A DNA stretch of 41,983 nucleotides from a virus. Taxonomy: Duplodnaviria; Caudoviricetes. The notes beneath the pieces are model-generated. The model made no database searches. It worked only from the letters and a program-made list of their open reading frames with translations, and was not told the DNA's origin. The stretch covers positions 1-41,983 of the IMG/VR virus record IMGVR_UViG_3300021086_000009, one strand, 5' to 3'. This document shows, in pieces, positions 37,310 to 41,983 of this stretch; the first letter of the stretch is position 1; the number at the start of each line of letters is the position of its first letter. The translations under genes were made by a program, and so were the position numbers.

Positions 37310-37665
37310 AGAAATATTTGCTGCTGCTTATTGCCATGCCGCTATTCGCGCAAGGCACGCACTCCAACGTCATTTCCTGGGAACCTTCGCCATCCGTTGG
37401 TGTGGGCTACAACCTCTACAAATCTGCGGGCCAGTGCGCCATCGACGGCGCGGTGTTCAGGAAGATCAATGCTGTCCCGCTGACCGCTACCACCTTCACC
37501 GATACGGGCATGGTTGACGGTGAGGTGAACTGCTACTACATCAAGTCAGTGTCTGGCGACGGCACGGAAAGCGACCCGTCAGGAACGCTTGAGCTTACTA
37601 CGCCGCGCATCGTGGCGCAGAAGAAACCTTATCCGCCTGGAACACCGCGCGGAGTAGGGAACTAA
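37306..37665 (+). CDS. FN3-domain protein with Sec signal peptide
   Basis: GGAGG RBS; MKKYLLLLIAMPLFA|Q; ISW..S..GYNLYKS...FTDT...YYIKSV..G.ES.PS. Confidence 0.85.
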   Translation: MKKYLLLLIAMPLFAQGTHSNVISWEPSPSVGVGYNLYKSAGQCAIDGAVFRKINAVPLTATTFTDTGMVDGEVNCYYIKSVSGDGTESDPSGTLELTTPRIVAQKKPYPPGTPRGVGN

Positions 37666-37688
37666 CCCCAGCGAAATGAAAGAGGCCC

Positions 37689-37985
37689 ATGATCCTATGC
37701 ACCCTATTGCTCGACAGTGGCGGCTTGAAATTCGACTGGACGGTGAACGTCGGCAATCTGGGAGCTGCAATCCTGTTCCTATTGCTGGCTGCTATTGCTT
37801 GGACAGACCTTCGCTGGCGTGTGAGAAATCTTGAAACCGGGCAGAAAGTGCACGCCGTTGTCATTGAGAAACAAGCCAACGTCATCGAACGAATCGATAA
37901 GGTGCTGGTGCGCATGGAAGCCTTCATTGGGATGACCGACCAGCGAAGAATGGGCACCATCCGCACGCGGAAGGATGACGCCTAG
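37689..37985 (+). CDS. membrane protein with TM plus coiled coil (holin/antiholin-like)
   Basis: One TM then amphipathic coil; directly upstream of the endolysin. Confidence 0.6.
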   Translation: MILCTLLLDSGGLKFDWTVNVGNLGAAILFLLLAAIAWTDLRWRVRNLETGQKVHAVVIEKQANVIERIDKVLVRMEAFIGMTDQRRMGTIRTRKDDA

Positions 37986-38439
37986 CCTGGAAGTCACTCC
38001 GTACGACAGCTTAGACGATTTGAACTTGCTCGCCCTTTGCGTGTGGCGCGAGGCGCGCGGCGAGGGAATGCTCGGCAAGAGAGGCGTGGCGCATGTCATT
38101 ACGAATCGAGTACAGCATGGCGGATATGGATTGGGTTTTCACGGAGTCATTCTCAAGCCCTGGCAGTTTTCCAGCTTTAATGCTAACGACCCCAATTCCC
38201 GCAAGTGGCCTCTGGACGGTGAAGCCGATTGGCTTGATTGTCTCGATGCAGCCAAAGCCGTCACGCAGCAAACGGAAGAAGACTTCACGAAAGGCTCGCT
38301 CTTCTACTTCTCGCGCCCGCTGACAGCCCCGCCACACGCCTGGGGACCAGTAGAAATCATGCTCACCGTGGGACACCTGACTTTCTGCAAGCCTATTCCG
38401 CCAACATCTAGCGGTGACATATATCTGGAGGAATCGTGA
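37975..38439 (+). CDS. endolysin, SleB/Hydrolase_2 cell wall hydrolase family
   Basis: LALCVWREARGE, VAHVITNRV, QFSSFN, GHLTF; no signal peptide. Confidence 0.9.
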   Translation: MTPSLEVTPYDSLDDLNLLALCVWREARGEGMLGKRGVAHVITNRVQHGGYGLGFHGVILKPWQFSSFNANDPNSRKWPLDGEADWLDCLDAAKAVTQQTEEDFTKGSLFYFSRPLTAPPHAWGPVEIMLTVGHLTFCKPIPPTSSGDIYLEES

Positions 38440-38708
38440 CCGAAATGTCCGCAATCACGCTACATCAACTGTTCGACTGGGCCGGAGCGGTAGTGCTCGT
38501 CTGCTCGTTGCTCGGCACGTTTCTGCCGCCCTACGAATGGTTCGACAAGTGGCCGAGCTTCCAAGCCGTTTACAAGGTTTTGACCATGACCATCGCACGC
38601 TGGGGCGCAATCAATCTGAAGTCGGTTGTGTACCAGCAAACCTCGGTCGACAGCCAAGTAGCTAAAGCAACTCAAACAGGAGGAAACATTGTTACACCGA
38701 AAGTATAG
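38436..38708 (+). CDS. holin-like membrane protein
   Basis: GGAGG RBS; hydrophobic helices; follows the endolysin. Confidence 0.6.
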   Translation: MTEMSAITLHQLFDWAGAVVLVCSLLGTFLPPYEWFDKWPSFQAVYKVLTMTIARWGAINLKSVVYQQTSVDSQVAKATQTGGNIVTPKV

Positions 38709-39126
38709 TCTCGTAATTGCTGTGCTTGTCTGCGCGGTTGCGCTGGCAGGCTGTCCCAAAGACCCCTACAGAGCCGCCATTCAGGGTTCTGCCGATGTGT
38801 CACAGGCGGTGTCGAGCGCGGTAAAGATCACCGCGTCCTACTACTCCGCTGGAACCATCAACGATAGCAAGAAGGCGGCGGTTGCGGGGTATCTCAACCT
38901 CGTGACGGATTGCAACTTCACCTTTCGGAAGGGTATTACGGACGTTCACAACGCCGGACAGACAGGCATTTCTGCCTTTTTGCCGGTTGCCGATGGGTTC
39001 GTTCGCTGTGTCGCTGCTCAGACGAGCGTAACGAACGACCCGCAGTTGAGCAACATCTTGAAAGCCGTAGATACTGCGGTAAATGGCGTTTCGTTGGCCG
39101 TGGCCAGCGCGAAAGGAGCTAAGTAA
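38689..39126 (+). CDS. lipoprotein (spanin-like)
   Basis: AGGAGG RBS; lipobox LAGC after a hydrophobic stretch; in the lysis cassette. Confidence 0.7.
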   Translation: MLHRKYSLVIAVLVCAVALAGCPKDPYRAAIQGSADVSQAVSSAVKITASYYSAGTINDSKKAAVAGYLNLVTDCNFTFRKGITDVHNAGQTGISAFLPVADGFVRCVAAQTSVTNDPQLSNILKAVDTAVNGVSLAVASAKGAK

Positions 39127-39296
39127 TGGACCCCAACGTAATAGTGGGCCTCGCATTGACCGTGCTGGATGAAGTGGTAGGGATGATTAAGAGCATCAAG
39201 GGGCAGTCCTCGTTGACAACCGAGCAGATCGCGGCCATAGCGGACGCGCAAGACCTGAAAAACAAAGAGGACATCAAGGCTTTGCTGGCATTGTAG
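39126..39296 (+). CDS. small amphipathic protein (56 aa, not in ORF track)
   Basis: AGGAG RBS, TAATG coupling; MDPNVIVGLALTVLDEVVGMIKSIKG... Confidence 0.65.
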   Translation: MDPNVIVGLALTVLDEVVGMIKSIKGQSSLTTEQIAAIADAQDLKNKEDIKALLAL

Positions 39297-39334
39297 AGCT
39301 TAGGCAGATCTCAGCCTAGGAGAAAAGGGTCGGG

Positions 39335-39371
39335 AAGGGGCTTACTGACGCGTAGGCCCCTTTTTCTTTTT
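39335..39371 (+). terminator. rho-independent terminator of the late operon
   Basis: AAGGGGCTTAC/GTAGGCCCCTT stem followed by a T-rich tract. Confidence 0.8.
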
Positions 39372-39387
39372 GTGCTAGAATCCGCCC

Positions 39388-39696
39388 GTGAAATACACTC
39401 GCCCCAAGTCCGGCGCATCGAAAGGAAAGATTCTTGAGATGCGTGCGCGATTCCAAGACGCCAAAGATAAAAACAGCCTAGTCGAGATGATTGCCCATGC
39501 CGCAATGTCGGTGGTGGGAACGGAGTTTGCGCGGATACGTCTTAGCGAACTGGAAACAATCATCGAGCAATACCGAAACCTCGATGACTTAGCCTTCGAT
39601 AAATGGCTGGCCGAGCGCCGTAGGGCATTCCGCAAGGTTCCCAAGCCGCCCAAGGGCCTCCGCGAAGCCTACGATAAGGCGCATCCGCGAGCATAG
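39388..39696 (+). CDS. hypothetical protein, probably leaderless
   Basis: Extended -10 TGcTAGAAT (39373-39381) 6 nt before the GTG. Confidence 0.6.
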   Translation: MKYTRPKSGASKGKILEMRARFQDAKDKNSLVEMIAHAAMSVVGTEFARIRLSELETIIEQYRNLDDLAFDKWLAERRRAFRKVPKPPKGLREAYDKAHPRA

Positions 39697-39835
39697 CTCC
39701 CTCAGTACGGGGCAGCATCGCAGACTAGCGCCCACAGTCCCGCCTCGGCTTCGCTTTCACCTACAGGAAATTCACAGTATAACGCTAGGGAAAGACTGTA
39801 CTTAGACCTGAGATAGAAATAAGTGAAAAAAACGC

Positions 39836-39864
39836 TTGACTTAGGAAACATAATATAACATATT
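39836..39864 (+). promoter_or_regulatory. sigma70-like promoter
   Basis: TTGACT-N17-CATATT in an AT-rich context, 9 nt before ATG 39874. Confidence 0.55.
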
Positions 39865-39873
39865 CAAGACGCT

Positions 39874-40116
39874 ATGGAAAGCGTCATCGGGCTTCAATCC
39901 AAGATAGTAGAAGCGCAAGAAGATTTAGGTACTGCCCTTAAGGCGTACCGTGTCCGTAAGGGATTAACGCTTGAAGGTTTGCGAGCGATTCTTACGGTAC
40001 ACGGCGTAAGGGTGTCGGTCGCCATGCTCGGGCGCATCGAGCGCGGGAACCTCAAGGGCAGTCTCCCCATGCGGCGGCGCTTGTTCGACTTCCTTTCGCT
40101 GGAAGGGAAGGGTTGA
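39874..40116 (+). CDS. XRE-family HTH regulator
   Basis: LKAYRVRKGLTLEGL...VSVAMLGRIERG. Confidence 0.8.
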   Translation: MESVIGLQSKIVEAQEDLGTALKAYRVRKGLTLEGLRAILTVHGVRVSVAMLGRIERGNLKGSLPMRRRLFDFLSLEGKG

Positions 40117-40320
40117 TTTATGCTTCAACTCTTCTCGAATACTGTTTACCTCAGCCGCCAGCCGCGCCTCGGCTGCATTCTCAACCCACCGATCAATCAG
40201 GTCAAACAACTCTCTCCTGAAGTTGGCCGCCCTTGCGTGGCGTACCAGCAAAAACTCGGTCAATTCTTGGCCGGAACATTCCAAAAGAAATTGTTTCTTA
40301 GACAGAGCGGGCAGGTTCAA
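39964..40320 (-). CDS. hypothetical helical protein
   Basis: GGAGG RBS before TTG 40320 and its own consensus promoter. Confidence 0.65.
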   Translation of the reverse strand: MNLPALSKKQFLLECSGQELTEFLLVRHARAANFRRELFDLIDRWVENAAEARLAAEVNSIREELKHKSTLPFQRKEVEQAPPHGETALEVPALDAPEHGDRHPYAVYRKNRSQTFKR

Positions 40321-40347
40321 GGGGCCTCCGAGGGTCGGGCAGGCGTC

Positions 40348-40376
40348 GTTGTATCGCTACGTAAGCGTTCTGTCAA
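40348..40376 (-). promoter_or_regulatory. sigma70-like promoter
   Basis: Minus strand TTGACA-N17-TACAAC. Confidence 0.65.
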
Positions 40377-40460
40377 TACCGGGTGATTTAGCTCTGCTTG
40401 CTGTAGCAAGCGAGTAAACAGTTTCGTTAGCTCGTAGCAGTTCGATGCGAGGAGGAAAGC

Positions 40461-40847
40461 ATGAACGTCAAGCTTTTGCGCAAGGTCAAGAAGCACATCT
40501 TGGAAGAGCCGAAGCGCCTGTACATGTCCGATTACATCAAGGTTGAGAGTGAGCATCACTTGTACGGTCGCGGGTATGCGAAATGCGGGACGGCGGCTTG
40601 TATCGCTGGCTGGACGTGCATTCTGTCCCTCAAAGAGACACCTGACGCAATTCGCAGAACCAACGATGTACACGCGACTGGAGGGGAACTTCTCGGACTC
40701 ACACCAGGTCAAGCGTATCGCCTTTTTGTCCCCAGCGTATGGCCCCAAAAATTTACTCGTGGGACTAGCGATGACGGAAGCGAGGCCACGGCCAAGGTAG
40801 CCGCTGCTCGCATCGAGCACTTCATAAAAACAGAAGGACGCAAGTAG
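40461..40847 (+). CDS. conserved-type phage hypothetical protein
   Basis: GAGGAGG RBS; CGTAACIAGW motif. Confidence 0.8.
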   Translation: MNVKLLRKVKKHILEEPKRLYMSDYIKVESEHHLYGRGYAKCGTAACIAGWTCILSLKETPDAIRRTNDVHATGGELLGLTPGQAYRLFVPSVWPQKFTRGTSDDGSEATAKVAAARIEHFIKTEGRK

Positions 40848-40905
40848 CGGCTGAAATTCAGGCCAGTTGTACCAGGGTCCGCAAGTTTCGAGTGAGGAGC
40901 GATTC

Positions 40906-41307
40906 GTGGGCGAATGGATGGTACAGGTTCCCGTCAAGCTCGACCCCGAAACGGTAGCGCGTTTGGATTTGCTGCGCGGCTCATATCCCTTCAAGCCGGG
41001 GCGCTCGACAGTCATCCGTGAATTAGTGGAAGAGGGGCTGAGGCTCATCGCGGAGGGAATAATGCAGTTCCGCGCAACCACAAGCAATCGTGTACCGAGT
41101 GTCCAGAGTGTACCGGGTATACCGAGCGAGTTCCCTGTCCCTCAGGCAGGGCAAGCGAAGCCTCCGGTCAGGGTTGCGCGAACAGCTACTGGCCGGGGGC
41201 AGGAGTCTCACATTAGAAGTGGCCGAACGGCCATGGCCATGGTCCCATTTCGCATCACCTCCCTTTTCAATCGGTTACAAGGCAATTCTACGCGGAGAGC
41301 GGCATGA
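40906..41307 (+). CDS. ribbon-helix-helix (CopG/Arc-like) regulator with disordered tail
   Basis: GAGGAG RBS before GTG 40906; VPVKLDPETVARLD...RSTVIRELVEEGL. Confidence 0.75.
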   Translation: MGEWMVQVPVKLDPETVARLDLLRGSYPFKPGRSTVIRELVEEGLRLIAEGIMQFRATTSNRVPSVQSVPGIPSEFPVPQAGQAKPPVRVARTATGRGQESHIRSGRTAMAMVPFRITSLFNRLQGNSTRRAA

Positions 41308-41983
41308 ATAACATCGCCCTTTCCGCGCCTACCGCTGTCGGTTTCGTAGTGCTGGCCTGCACCACCACGCTGGCCATTCGCCGCAACCTGAGCGGCCTGC
41401 TGATCTCGTATCTAGCCGCGCAAACTTTGTTCTGCTTATCCAACTGGTGGGTGATGCAGAAGTGGCTCCCGCAGGACCGCGCCTATTTCGCCTTCTTTGG
41501 CTGCCTGTTCATTGTGCTGTGCTTCGAGTTCGCGCTGACGGTTTGCTGGATCGATGATTTTTGGATTGGCGCTCCGTGCTTGGTTTCGCTGTGCACGGCT
41601 GCGTGGCTTTCCGGTTGGCTGCTCTGGCAGGGGATTGCGGAGCAGAGCGTCGGCAAAGCGCCCATACAGGCCAAGCTCATCATCGTGCAGAGCGCGTCCA
41701 TGCTGGTGTTTGGCGCTGTGGCCCTGCTTTACCTGCGTCGTCCGCTGGCACCCGAACTTGCGGCGGCGGTGTTTTGCTGCGGGCTTTATTGGTTCCTGAC
41801 CGGCGCGTGGGGATGGGCGTTCGCTGGAAGTCTGGGCAAGTGGAAGACGGCGAATTACTTCGTAAGTCCGATGTTGACGGCGACGTGCTTTGGCTGGCTG
41901 GCGGTAATGCTCATCAGCGGCCAATGGGAAAGCGCTCGGCAGCACGCGCAAGACGAGCCAATCGTAGCGGAAGAATTTCTTTT
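41304..41983 (+). CDS. polytopic (~7 TM) membrane protein, 3'-truncated, not in ORF track
   Basis: ATGA overlap and GGAG RBS; open to the window end; about seven hydrophobic segments. Confidence 0.8.
   Translation, partial: MNNIALSAPTAVGFVVLACTTTLAIRRNLSGLLISYLAAQTLFCLSNWWVMQKWLPQDRAYFAFFGCLFIVLCFEFALTVCWIDDFWIGAPCLVSLCTAAWLSGWLLWQGIAEQSVGKAPIQAKLIIVQSASMLVFGAVALLYLRRPLAPELAAAVFCCGLYWFLTGAWGWAFAGSLGKWKTANYFVSPMLTATCFGWLAVMLISGQWESARQHAQDEPIVAEEFL

Larger units (their letters stand above)
1..41983. mobile_element. Tailed phage/prophage genome segment, podovirus-like
   Basis: Syntenic replication, terminase, portal, scaffold, capsid, tail, lysis and regulatory modules; densely overlapping + strand ORFs; no tape measure or sheath gene; no host housekeeping genes. 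Confidence 0.95.

Noticed and set aside
40120-40386. + strand 88 aa ORF
   Set aside because: Shadow of the minus-strand gene that has a clear promoter and RBS
41304-41983. Microbial rhodopsin
   Set aside because: No retinal-binding Lys motif in the last helix
1-41983. Stop-codon reassignment, integrase/att sites, tape measure protein
   Set aside because: Genes end normally at TAA, TAG and TGA with high coding density; no recombinase motifs or long tape-measure ORF in the window, though they could lie outside it

Overview
Most of a tailed dsDNA phage or prophage genome with podovirus-like architecture, almost entirely on the + strand and cut at both ends. Order: (1) early/replication region at 1-9.3 kb with a YqaJ-like exonuclease (5'-truncated), a tRNA-shaped non-coding element, an HTH replication initiator with 22-bp-periodic iterons, a helicase-loader-like gene, two HNH proteins, RusA and a DUF5662 HD-like protein; (2) packaging/head region at 10.3-21.7 kb with TerS, TerL, portal, scaffold and major capsid protein; (3) adaptor, tail hub and Q/G-rich ejection-type proteins at 22.3-30.5 kb, with no tape measure or sheath; (4) tailspike/Ig/FN3 genes at 32.2-37.7 kb; (5) lysis cassette at 37.7-39.3 kb; (6) regulatory region with XRE and RHH genes and a 3'-truncated ~7-TM protein. 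No integrase, CRISPR array or canonical tRNA/rRNA is visible. A diderm host is inferred from the lipoprotein and exported proteins; Acidobacteriota is only an impression from protein style. Top finding: four late genes in the receptor-binding position (two tailspike-like, one Ig-tandem, one FN3) all start with Sec signal peptides ending in A|Q, and their mature chains have even, mostly paired Cys counts (14, 18, 2, 2). This suggests appendages folded in the periplasm and added to virions at lysis. Other highlights: a catalytically dead histidine-phosphatase-fold protein, a ~205-nt tRNA-like RNA, a tandem HiPIP-like Cys protein, probable ATC/CTG start codons and a TerL lacking its last catalytic Asp. 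All family assignments come from motif recognition by eye, not database searches.
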